DNA of 64,000 nucleotides, taken from the NCBI GenBank assembly GCA_032718475.1, contig JAUCBJ010005043.1, positions 1-64,000 of the forward strand. Direction: 5' to 3'. Positions 50,441 through 60,777 of the stretch are shown here, in pieces. The position numbers and the translations under genes were made by a program. Source of the DNA: Nemertoderma westbladi (Eukaryota > Animalia > Xenacoelomorpha). The notes beneath the pieces are model-generated. The model was not told the DNA's origin, did not search any database, and was given only the letters and a program-made list of their open reading frames with translations. Within the stretch, counting starts at the first letter, position 1. Every line of letters begins with the position of its first letter.

Positions 50441-50681
50441 AACCTCATCCCATTTGGTTCTTTTTAATCATTTTGAGCTGAAACTTGGTTGGTATCTACT
50501 ACATCATAGGCTGTATCTTTACGGGGTTGCAGAATCCTATTCACTTCCCCAGTCTACCGCTAGAGGGTGAAATGTCTGAAAGTTAACATCTTCTCCAACT
50601 TGTTATTTACTAACGGTTTAGACTGAAACTTGGTAGGCTTCTACTACAGCATAGGCTGTACCTTTTCGGAGTCACAGAGTT

Positions 50682-50743
50682 CTAAGTGGTTAGCATAACT
50701 GAACGTTTTTCGGGAGACGCGGGTTCGATCCCCGCTGGTGGCA
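50682..50743 (+). other. tRNA-like fragment captured in Helitron unit 3
   Basis: agtggttagca (partial A box) and gcgggttcgatccccgc (T arm/B box); absent from the equivalent repeat in the other units. Confidence 0.7.
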
Positions 50744-53700
50744 GTCCATATCTGCCGCTAGAGGGCGAAATATCTGATAGTGAACACCTCATCCCATTTG
50801 GTTCTTTTTAATCCTATTGAGCTGGAACTTGGCAGGAGTCTACTACAGCATATTCTGTATCTTTACGGAGTCCCAGAGTCGTCTACAGTTCTTCAGTCTA
50901 CCGCTAGAGGGTGAAATGTCTGAATGTGAACATCTACACCAATTTTGTTATTTACAATCTGTTTAAGCTGAAACTTGAAAGGCAGGCATTTTACTTCACC
51001 ATAAACCCAATCTTTACCAAACTGCAGCGCCGTCTGCATTTCACCAGTCCGCAGGTAGAGGGTGGATCTGAAAGTGATCATTTTCTGGAAATTTTGTTAT
51101 TTACAATCTGCCTAAAGTTGAAACTTGACAGTTATCTCTTATGGGGGTGGTGTTTTATTTAATGATGGTGTCTGTTCCGTATGCAGTTCTCAAATCTCCC
51201 ACACATATTCATATATCATCTGCACGTGCACTAGAAAGCTGTGGCCCGAAGGGCCACAGGCTTTCTAGTCTAATATATATAAATATCGATTGTCTGTCTG
51301 TCTGTCTGTCTGTTTGTCATCAGCTATACAATCGAACCCATCTCGATGAAATCTCGCTTGCTATAGCTCGTTAGAAAGGTCTCGCCCTAACTCGTTGCAA
51401 CGTAATACTCAGAGCCGTCTGAAGTTCGCCCGTCTGCCGCTAGAGGGCGATTTTCTTGATTTTCGGGCGAAATTTATCGAATTATTTATGTTCTTCTATC
51501 GGTAATTAATGATTTAGAAGGCTAACATTTATCCCACCTGGTATAAAATTAACATGGGTAGATTCGCCGTGTCCCATTCTCACAAAGTTTTTATTTTATG
51601 TCACGCATGTTTATCGCCAAGCACGATCGAATTGGCCTATTGCTATTGAATAGGGAAGGATTGTTTTCTGTATCATAGCAACGTTAGGTAATTATTGAAC
51701 TCGCAGCTAGCTGGCTGGGCACAGATAAGGAGCAAGCAGGCTGGAGTGTTGATTGGGGTGGGTTTGGGTTGTCTATTGCGAATTGCTCAAGAGTAATTAA
51801 TTCTGCTTTCTCAATCATTGGCTGCATGGAAGGAGAGGTTTATAAGATTTTTGTTTTACTGTTATGAATACCGGTATTAAAAGTAAAATAATTATTATTT
51901 CTGTAGGCCTATACTTACTGTATTATTATTTTATCTAATATTATACATCTAATCTCGATGAAATCTCGCTTACTATAGCTCGTTAGATAGGTCTCGCCCT
52001 AACTCGTTGCAACGTAATACTCAGAGCCGTCTGAAGTTCCCCCGTCTGCCGCTAGAGGGCGAATTGTCCGATATTGAAAACCTGATCTCATTGGGTTGTT
52101 TTTAATGCTTTTGAGTTGAAACTCTGTAGCTATATACTGCAGCATAGGCTGTATATTTCCGGAGTCACTGAGTTGTCTACAGTTCCCCAGTCTACCGTTA
52201 GAGGGCTAAATGTCTGAGAGTTAACATCTTCTCCAACTTTGTTATTTATAATCCGTTTAGACTGAACTTGGTAGGCATCTACTACAGCATAGGCTATATC
52301 TTTACTGAGTCGCGCAGAGTTGTCTACAGTACCCGCGTCTGCCGCTAGAGGGTGAAATGTATGAAAGTAAACATATTTTCCAACTTTGTTATTTACAATC
52401 CTTTTATACTGGAACTTGGTAGGCATCTACTATAGCATAGGCTATATCTTTGCGGAGTAGTAGAGTCGTCTACAATTCCCCAGTCTACCGCTAGAGGGCG
52501 AAATGTCTGAAAGTTAACATCTTCTCCAACTTTGTTATTTATAATCCATTTAGACTGAACTTGGTAGGCATCTACTACAGCATAGGCCATATCTTTACTG
52601 AGTCCCGCAGAGTTGTCTACATTACCCGCGTCTGCCGCTAGAGGGCGAAATGTATGAAAGTTAACATCTCCTCCAACTTTGTTATTTACAATCCTTTTAG
52701 ACTGAATCTTGGTAGGCATCTACTATAGCATAGGCTATATCTTTGCGGAGTAGTAGAGTCGTCTACAGTTCCACAGTCAGCCGCTAGAGGGCGAATTGTC
52801 TGATAGTGAAAACCTCATCCCATTTGGTTCTTTTTAATCATTTTGAGCTGAAAATTGGTAGGCATCTACTACAGCATAGGCTGTACCTTTACGGAGTCGC
52901 AGAGTTGTATACAGTCCCCCCCCCATATGCCGCTAGAGGGCGAAATATCTGATAGTGAACACCTCATCCTATTTGGTTCTTTTTAATCCTATTGAGCTGG
53001 AACTTGGCAGGAATCTACTACAGCATATTCTGTATCTTTACGGAGCCCCAGAGTCGTCTACAGTTCTTCAGTCTACCGCTAGAGGGTGAAATGTCTGAAT
53101 GTAAACATCTACACCAATTTTGTTATTTACAATCTGTTTAAGCTGAAACTTGAAAGGCAGGCATTTTACTTCACCATAAACCCCATCTTTACCAAACTGC
53201 AGCGCCGTCTGCATTTCACCAGTCCGCAGGTAGAGGGTGGATCTGCTGGTGGATGAGCTGAAACTTGGCAGGAATCTACTACTGTACAGCATATTCTGTA
53301 TCTTTACTGAGTCCCAGAGTCGTCTACAGTTCTTCAGTCTACCGCTACTGTAGAAGTCTGAATGTGAACATCTACACCAATTTTGTTATTTACAATCTGA
53401 CTAAAGTTGAAACTTGACAGTTATCTCTTATGAGGGTGGTGTTTTATTTAATGATGGTGTCTGTTCCGTATGCAGTTCTCAAATCTCCCACACATATTCA
53501 TATATCATCTGCACGTGCACTAGAAAGCTGTGGCCCGAAGGGCCACAGGCTTTCTAGTAATAATAATAAATACGAAAAATATTACAAGTGATAAATTTTA
53601 AACCGTATCGCTGTAATAAATTGACACCATAGTTCTCACTCTAAAATTGTGATGATATTCGTTTCATTCCATTCTAAAATTGAATATAATTTTAGAATGG

Positions 53701-54363
53701 AATGAATCAAATATACAACGAGTAAGATAATGAAGAAATTATTAAGGAAAAAAACACAATGTCAGAGTGAGAACAAAAAATTAGATATGGTATCAATATA
53801 TTACCATGAAGATTACAAGTGATGAATTGTATTTAAAACATTCAGTTATATATATATAAATTTGCGATGTGGCATAGTCAACGAAGAAGAGATGGGACGT
53901 GTCATAATCATCGACGAATAAGAAAAGAGATAGAGTGCAACGTGGATGAATAGCTGGCTGGTTGATTGCGTGGATAGGAAATACGTGAAAGAATATGAAT
54001 CATAGGGTTGTGTGTAATAATAATCAATAATTATTATAATAAAAAACGCACTGTATAATGTTAGTGGTGGTGGTAGCCTTTCAATATGGCACAGATGCTG
54101 TGGGATTGGTTAGGTTGAGTAACTATGGAAATGTTCGTATACGTGTAGCTGGAACGTGGCGGAATTTCACGTATCATGCGTTGGACTGGTAGGCTGCTTG
54201 GTTGGTTGGTTTGGCAACAGCCGTCGAAGAGTAGCACTGGCTAGCGGTGGTGAGTTGGCAATCGATATAATATCGGGTGGGGTATATGTGTGGTGATGCA
54301 TGTAGATGGCCACGTCGTCGTTAGTAGTGTTAACAGCATTCAGTCGGTCGATCGGTGGATCGA

Positions 54364-54550
54364 GGTTAGGCTACGCGTAGGTGAATAAGCAACGATTGGT
54401 TGAAGGCAAGGCAATGACGCGAATCAATACTGTTGGTGACAGATGGTCATTAAACATCGCGATTTAGCACCTTTTTAATAGCCCTCCGAGATGCAGCCCG
54501 TAGCCCAAGCTAGGGAGGAGTATGGTGAGGGCTATGCTTCTCCTACTACT
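54364..54550 (-). repeat. Maverick right TIR
   Basis: Reverse complement of 26520-26706. Confidence 0.97.
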
Positions 54551-56944
54551 CACCAAGTTGAGTTGTATCCACAGAAGGATCAGGTGTATGCGCTGATAGA
54601 TGCACTTGGAAAGGACATCCAGCAAACTCTTCGCATGACACTAAACATAAACCGGGACGCTCCTTATACGACCATCGAATCTATACTCGATGCCTTCCAA
54701 ACTCACGATTGAAACGTAGTCTCGCTGTGGATGCAATAAAGTTCCACAAACGACATCAGGGTCCATATGCGATTGTATACAATATATATCAGGATCAGCA
54801 CCTTCCTGCAGCGCTGTCGTGAGCATTATATTTGCTTACACCCAAACAAAACCCAATTCGCACAACGAGAGGTACGATTTTCTGGGTTTATCATTGGGGC
54901 TGATGGAATCCATGCTGATCCAGCAAAGCTACGTGCAATCTCGGCATTCCCCAGACCAACAAATATCACAGATCTTCGGAGTTTTGTTGGTCTGGTCGAG
55001 CAGTTAGCTCCATTTACCAGCGAGATCTCGTCTGTAATGGCCCCTCTAAGTCCACTCCTCAGTTCCAGAAATCATTTCCTGTGGAACCCTGACCATGAGA
55101 GAGCCTTTGATGCCACTAAATCACTTCTCACATCTGCACCAGTTCTTGCGCCATTAGATCCAATGAAAGAGACCAGGCTAGAAACAGATGCCTCTCGCCG
55201 ACACAGGCTCGGGTATGCTCTTTTACAACGACGTGGCGATGACTGACGACTGGTAGAGTGTGGCTCAAGGTTCATCAGTGAAACAGAGGCAAGGTATGCC
55301 ACTGTGGAGCTGGAGTTGCTCGAAGTGGTATGGGCAACTACAAAATGCCGTCTCTACCTCCTTGGCCTCCCAACATACACTCTGGTGGTAGACCACCAGG
55401 CTCTAGTCTCCATCATCGATCGGCAGACGTTGGACTCGGTGGAAAATCCACATTTGCAACGGCTTAAATCAAGACTGTCTCCATACTCATTCACTACAGT
55501 GTGGCAGAAGGGTCGCTCCCATCGCATCCCAGATGCTTTATCTCTGGCACCAGTCGATGATCCCACACCGACAGATAGCATGGAGGATGGTGAGATCGCT
55601 CACTATGTGCGCTCAATTACCTTGGAAACAGTGGCAGCTATCGATGAAACTGCAATTGATGGCTCCACACACCTTCCAGATCCAGTGCTAGAGGATCTTG
55701 CGCACACTGCATGCAATGACGAATCCTATAGCACTCATCGAGCAGTCCAATCAGGATTTCCGGACAGCTCACGCAATGACCCCTTAGTTAATCAGCTGTG
55801 GTCATGTAAAGACGAACTGAACTTGTGCTCTTTGGACACCGATTAATAATCCCTATGGCATTATCTCCGCAAAGAAATCCTCTGCCACCTGCATGCACCT
55901 CATCAGGGTGTAGAGAAATCCCTATCGTGCCCGGCAGACGGTATATTGGCCAGGCCTCACCAACGATATTCACACAAGCGTTGGGGCCTGTGACGCCTGC
56001 ATTAGGTTCCGCCCAGCTCACCAGAAGGAGCCACTCATCTCTGAATCCCAACCAATGAGGCCATTCGAGGATATATCTGGGGACTACTTCGTACTCAATG
56101 GAAAAGACTTTCTAATGTCGTTGACCGCTACTCGGGGTGGCCCGAAGTTTTTGGGCACCAATCACCACCAAATGCTGCTTCCCTAACTAAGCACCTACGC
56201 GATGTTTTTACTCACTTTGGTATCCCAACACGTCTGCGATCTGATGGTGGTCCTCAATTTACCGCAGTGTCCATGAATACCTTTCTCAAAATATGGGGTG
56301 TCAATCTGGTGACCTCCTCCCCCACATATGCCCAATCGAATGGCCATGCCGAGGCGGCAGTCAAAGCCACAAAGGCCTTACTCACCAAGACAGGTGGTAA
56401 GTTACTCTCGGACGAATTCCTTGAGGGTTTACTTGAGTTCCGTAATTCACCACGGGCTACAGGCCTCTCACCCGCTGAGATTCTATTTGGGCATCCAATC
56501 CGCACCAGGGTACCTGCCCACAGTCGGGCTTTCAAGGCCACTCACCAGTCCACGCGCGGCCAGCTTGAGGTTACGACCCCACAGCAACAACAGCGTGCCC
56601 AACAAGACTATAACAGGGGCGCCAAAAATCTCTCTCCACTGCCCTTGGGAACACCAGTGCGCATCAGAAACCCAACCACAAAACGTTGGGACCGCACTGG
56701 GACCATTGTCGAAGTTGGCCCTCATCGACGCTACCGTGTAAAGACACAGTCAGGACGGTGCCTTTCAAGTAATCGCAGGTTCCTCCTACATGACACCACG
56801 GTCAATGCCACCTTGGACCCAAATCCCATCGGGGAACCCCCACCACGACAAGTCTCCTGGGACAAGAATCTCGTTGAGACAAAACGCATTCCCACACGTA
56901 AGACGTACCCTAAAAGACAATGCCAGGCACCGCATCGTCTTTAA
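54551..56944 (+). pseudogene. pol: Gypsy gag remainder and pol (RT C-terminus, RNase H, integrase); protease and most of RT deleted, multiple stops/frameshifts
   Basis: KTQFAQREVRFSG, LRSFVGL, LETDAS, RYATVELE, DHQAL, HQG, SDGGPQF, QSNGHAEAAVK, FRNSP...SPAEILFG, NRRFL. Confidence 0.92.
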
Positions 56945-57020
56945 ACTCAAGTGCATCACATGGGAAAACTGTCGAATATTATATAGTAGCTCTTCACTTC
57001 ATTAAGAGCTCGTGAGGGGG

Positions 57021-57344
57021 TGTAATAGACTGGCCCTTCCTAGGCCCATCTAGGTCGTTATATAGACATATTAGCTGGATGGACTGCCTGCAATGGACTA
57101 TATGCGCATGGCTTATTATTACAGTCTATTATACATACTAGACAGTTAGTGACTAGGTATGAATCATCAGGGACTACGCCCTGACACTGACTTAGGAGTA
57201 TTCAGTCTACCGGTACTCATCAGCTTATGCAGTTATTATGGCTGCTGTGTATTATCTGCTATGCTGCTATGTATGTAATACATATATGAACTAGATTAGT
57301 TCCCCTTATGTTTTTACATAGTAGTGATCTCCAACAGCACTACA
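57021..57344 (+). repeat. 3' LTR (324 bp)
   Basis: TG...CA, preceded by the PPT and followed by TSD TATAT. Confidence 0.95.
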
Positions 57345-58590
57345 TATATATTATTGTATATTATCCTAGTTATCTACGGCTGATATGATATTTAGACATC
57401 ACAATCAAAACATCATGTGCCAAACTCATCAATTTCTTATCTTTTATATTTACTTGATGGGAAATATTGTAAAGGCTGGCGAATGTTTTAAAAAGCGGAA
57501 GACCTATGTTTGTTTTATCGGTTTGTTTTACTAATCAATTATTTTATCTTTTGTGATAACTTGGCCATGTATATTGTATGAATTTGCTATTGTATATATT
57601 GTATATTGTATGTATTGTATATTGTATATTGTATATATATGCATGCTTTAAACTGTTAGCAACTCCCAATTCGAATTATATTGTATAGTGATCATATTAT
57701 TATATTTATTATTTCGTGTAAACTATTTATTACGTAAATTATTTTAAGTGCAGTCACAATCGTATGCTGTTGTTCTTGGCCTTGTGGCGGATTGAATTGA
57801 ATGAATGAATGAAAGGGAAGTTTATCATTCTTCTATCTTCTCTTAGATAGACAAGCTTGACAGCCGAGAGCTCGCCCATGTGAAGAATACCAGGATTTCA
57901 CTTTTCGGTCGACTTTTTATTGGAATTTTATATATGAAGATTTTTTATTTTTTTTAATTTATCTTTATTATTAAGTGTTTTATAGCGCTTATTTCTGTCT
58001 TATAACCTGTACATATACTAATTCGTTTATTGCTTTGGTTAGATTCAGCCCTTATGTAACCTGTGTTATTGGTGAAAACCTGGTATTCTTCACATGGGGG
58101 TAACTGCAAAGTGAAATATAACGGCAGAAAGTTTGGTATACTTCACATGGGCCCGAGAGCTGGTGGACGGATCCATTGCTACCAATATTGTTGTAATAAT
58201 ATACGCGCCTATGCAGGGCAGCCTAATAACGAAAAACTCAAAATGAAACATTGGGCGAAGTATACAATAGTAGTATATTGTATATTAAAAATCACTGTTT
58301 GCAGGAATTATATCTTCTCCTAATCCTGAACGAATTAAAGCGAAATTTCGCATAAAACATGTCCAATAGGTGCTCCCTATGGAATGTCGACATAATTTTG
58401 ATTGAGTGAATTCTACGATTTTGATCGGTCATTCTAGAATAAATTTTACTGTAGCTAGGCGAACAACAGGTCCCTCGCAACCAAAACTTTGCATACACAA
58501 CTAGGTCCGATAATGAACCTATCATCAAAGTTTCATCCAATTCCGTCAACAACATTAAGTGCAATAAGTTGTGTGTACAAACAAACAAAC

Positions 58591-58959
58591 ATAAATATTT
58601 ATGATGAGTAAGGGTCTTGAGCCACGGCTAATATAAAATATGTTAGTTTACCAGCTATTTCACGCTTCCCGCGCGTCTTCAGTGGTATATTATTAAACAC
58701 AATATTAATAAAATTTAACTAAAAAAAGAGAATGATTGAGTGTTAAGATAATTAAATTGATTGAATTGAATTAATTGATTAAAAATGATTAAGTGTACAC
58801 TTAATCATTCTGCTTTGAATTGTTTTTTTAGTTAAATTTTATTAATATTGTGTTTAATAATATACCACTTAAGACGCGCGGGAAGCGTGAAATAGCTGGT
58901 AAACTAACATATTTTATATTAGCCGTGGCTCAAGACCCTTACTCGTCATAAATATTTAT
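58591..58959. mobile_element. Inverted repeat with ~135-bp arms; Penelope-like pLTR remnant with a hammerhead-like core
   Basis: 58591-58728 is inverted at 58824-58959; (acaa)n tracts flank the insertion at ~58577-58590 and ~59016-59030. Confidence 0.7.
58650..58686 (-). ncRNA. Minimal type I hammerhead-like motif
   Basis: ACCA-CUGAAGA-C-GCGC(gggaa)GCGU-GAAA-uagc-UGGU. The plus-strand copy at 58864-58900 has CUUAAGA (core mutated). Stem III and the cleavage triplet are non-canonical. Confidence 0.5.
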
Positions 58960-59686
58960 AATTTAAGTATACTCACGCCACAAAAGGCATCGTTCCATTA
59001 CATTAACTCGCTTGAAACAAACAAACAAACTTATGTGACTTAGTTATGTTACTTGGTCACAAATACAATACTAGTACTGTACTATGCTAACCTAAAACCA
59101 ATATAAAACGTAATTACACTAAGTACAACTTTACTGAGAGCGTAACAATGCCCGACTCAACGATAAAGATGTAGCTTTATGTACAGCACAATTTATTAAC
59201 GTACAACTTTATCAAGAGCGATACAATACCCTCGGACTCAACGATAAAGATGTGGCTGAGGCAATTACAAAAGTATAAGTGTCATGCGGTAAGTGTTCTA
59301 GGTAATAGACTGTTAAATTATTACTGTAGAACCATTGATTCAAATACTGTAGTTACCAAATGTAGTATATTGAGAAGCTTTAAAATCGCCAATTACCACA
59401 CAGTAAGATGTTTTCAGCACAATCTATAATAGAGCTAATATCTCCTAAGGTTTCTAAATACTCATTTTTATTATCCGGACATTGATATGGTAAATAAACA
59501 TTTACAATTAGCAAAAAATTGCATTTTGCAACTTTAATTAAACATTATATTCTATTGTGATTTAAAGAAACACATTCAACTGAGCTGCTTTACTTTTGCG
59601 GTACAAAATACCCAACCCCCATTTTAATTTACCAGTTAACAATCCAGTAGATGTACTGCGGGGGCGACTAGCGTAAAATCTGTTGT

Positions 59687-59771
59687 CTATTGGGGCTCGA
59701 ACCCGGTACCTAGGTTTCAAACTTCTGATTATCATCAGCCGGGTGAGTGTACTGAGCTACTAGGCCGGATG
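59687..59771 (-). ncRNA. tRNA-like (Pol III A/B box) element with an embedded minimal hammerhead ribozyme
   Basis: tagtagctcagt (A box)...ACCCGG-CUGAUGA-13 nt-GAAA-CCUAGG-UA-CCGGGU-tcgagccc (B box); second diverged copy at 60693-60777 (+). Confidence 0.65.
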
Positions 59772-59829
59772 TACTTTCCTTTGAGTGATTAGTTGGCCTA
59801 ATAAAGTCATTCCAAAATTGATGAAAATT

Positions 59830-60625
59830 TCACCAAAAAAAATTATATTACACCAAATTAAATATTGCGACCCCAAAAAAATTATTCAGCACCAAATAAA
59901 ATAAAGTCACCCCAAATTACATTTTTTAATCACCAAAATTAATTTTTCAACACCAAAAACAATTATTCAACACCAAAACCAATTATTCGCACCAAAATAA
60001 ATGACAAAACCCAAAATAAATACATTTTCCCCCAAAATAATTACAAATTTTCCAAGACAAATACATTTTCGCCCAAAATAAATCCATTTTCCCCCAAAAC
60101 AAATACATTTTCGCCCAAAACAAATACATTTTCGCCCAAAATAAATACATTTTCCACCAAAACAACTACATTTTCGCCCAAAACAAATACATTTTTGCCC
60201 AAAATAAATACATAATCACCCAAAATAAATACATAATCCCCCAAAATAAATACTGCTGCAGCAATAGGCCTACTGTAGCACTTCCTGGAAGGCCGACAAA
60301 GGCGAAAAAGTCATTTACAACTCAGTGACTCCAAAATATACAGTTTAGGCCTATAAACAGACTCAGTTACAGACTATCAGCTTGGTATAAATGTAGACCC
60401 CCTATAATATGATTAAACATTTTGTTTGATTAAGTGGAAATAAATATAATAAATTAATATTTTGCAAAAATAAATTTTCCATAAAATATTTGGTGCTGGA
60501 ATAATTTATTTTGGTTGACAAGTAATTATTTTTGAGGGATGAATAATTATTTCTGGCATTGGGGATATGAATTGGTGCTCCAAAAAATATATTTGGTGCA
60601 AAATACTGTAATTTATTTTGGTGTT
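59830..60625. repeat. AT-rich foldback-like arrays of ~21-bp units (ccaaaataaat on the left, atttattttgg on the right)
   Basis: Left array 59830-60250; inverted degenerate array 60485-60625. Confidence 0.7.
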
Positions 60626-60692
60626 ATATCATCTAATTTGGGGTGGCATTCAATTAGTGGCGAATATGATATCCCACTCCATAGCGAAATTC

Positions 60693-60777
60693 CATCCGGC
60701 CTGGAAGCTCAGTACACTCACCCGGCAGATGATTACCAGAAGTTTGAAACCTAGGTAGCGGGTTCGAGCCCCAATAG
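60693..60777 (+). repeat. Second (inverted, core-mutated) copy of the tRNA-hammerhead element
   Basis: catccggcctggaagctcagtacactcacccggcAgatga...gaaacctaggtagcgggttcgagccccaatag. Confidence 0.75.

Larger units (their letters stand above)
43849..53557 (+). mobile_element. Array of four head-to-tail non-autonomous Helitrons (43849-46021, 46022-48260, 48261-51268, 51269-53557)
   Basis: Each unit starts TCTAATATATATAAAT with a (ctgt)n tract (degenerate in unit 1) and ends in the hairpin tgtggccc-gaa-gggccaca plus CTAG. Inserted between A (43848) and T (53558) with no TSD; internal ~146-bp tandem repeats. Confidence 0.93.
26520..54550. mobile_element. Maverick/Polinton (adintovirus-like endogenous virus), ~18.3 kb without the Helitron array
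   Basis: 5'-AGTAGT...ACTACT-3' termini, 6-bp TSD CACCAA (26514-26519, 54551-54556), TIRs, and the full core gene set (pPolB, integrase, ATPase, protease, MCP, mCP). Confidence 0.98.
25542..57344 (+). mobile_element. Gypsy (Mag-like) LTR retrotransposon, internally deleted, hosting nested insertions
   Basis: Matching TG...CA LTRs, TSD TATAT (25537-25541, 57345-57349), PBS-like TGGCGCA at 26161, PPT gaggggg before 57021, domain order RT-RNaseH-IN. Confidence 0.95.

Noticed and set aside
50682-50743. Functional tRNA gene (also 10909 and 60696)
   Set aside because: No complete cloverleaf with a proper anticodon arm; these are SINE-like derivatives.
44195-53292. Repeated 60-108 aa ORFs in the Helitron array
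   Set aside because: Chance frames in 146-bp repeats; they vary between units and show no Rep/helicase motifs.
54491-54712. 73-aa ORF starting MQPVAQAREE (also 26325-26579 minus, and the tail of 26223-26606)
   Set aside because: Artefactual fusions of Maverick TIR sequence with the interrupted gag region.
59983-60244. Repetitive ORFs (WAKMYLF / GENVFVL)
   Set aside because: Translations of a 21-bp tandem repeat.
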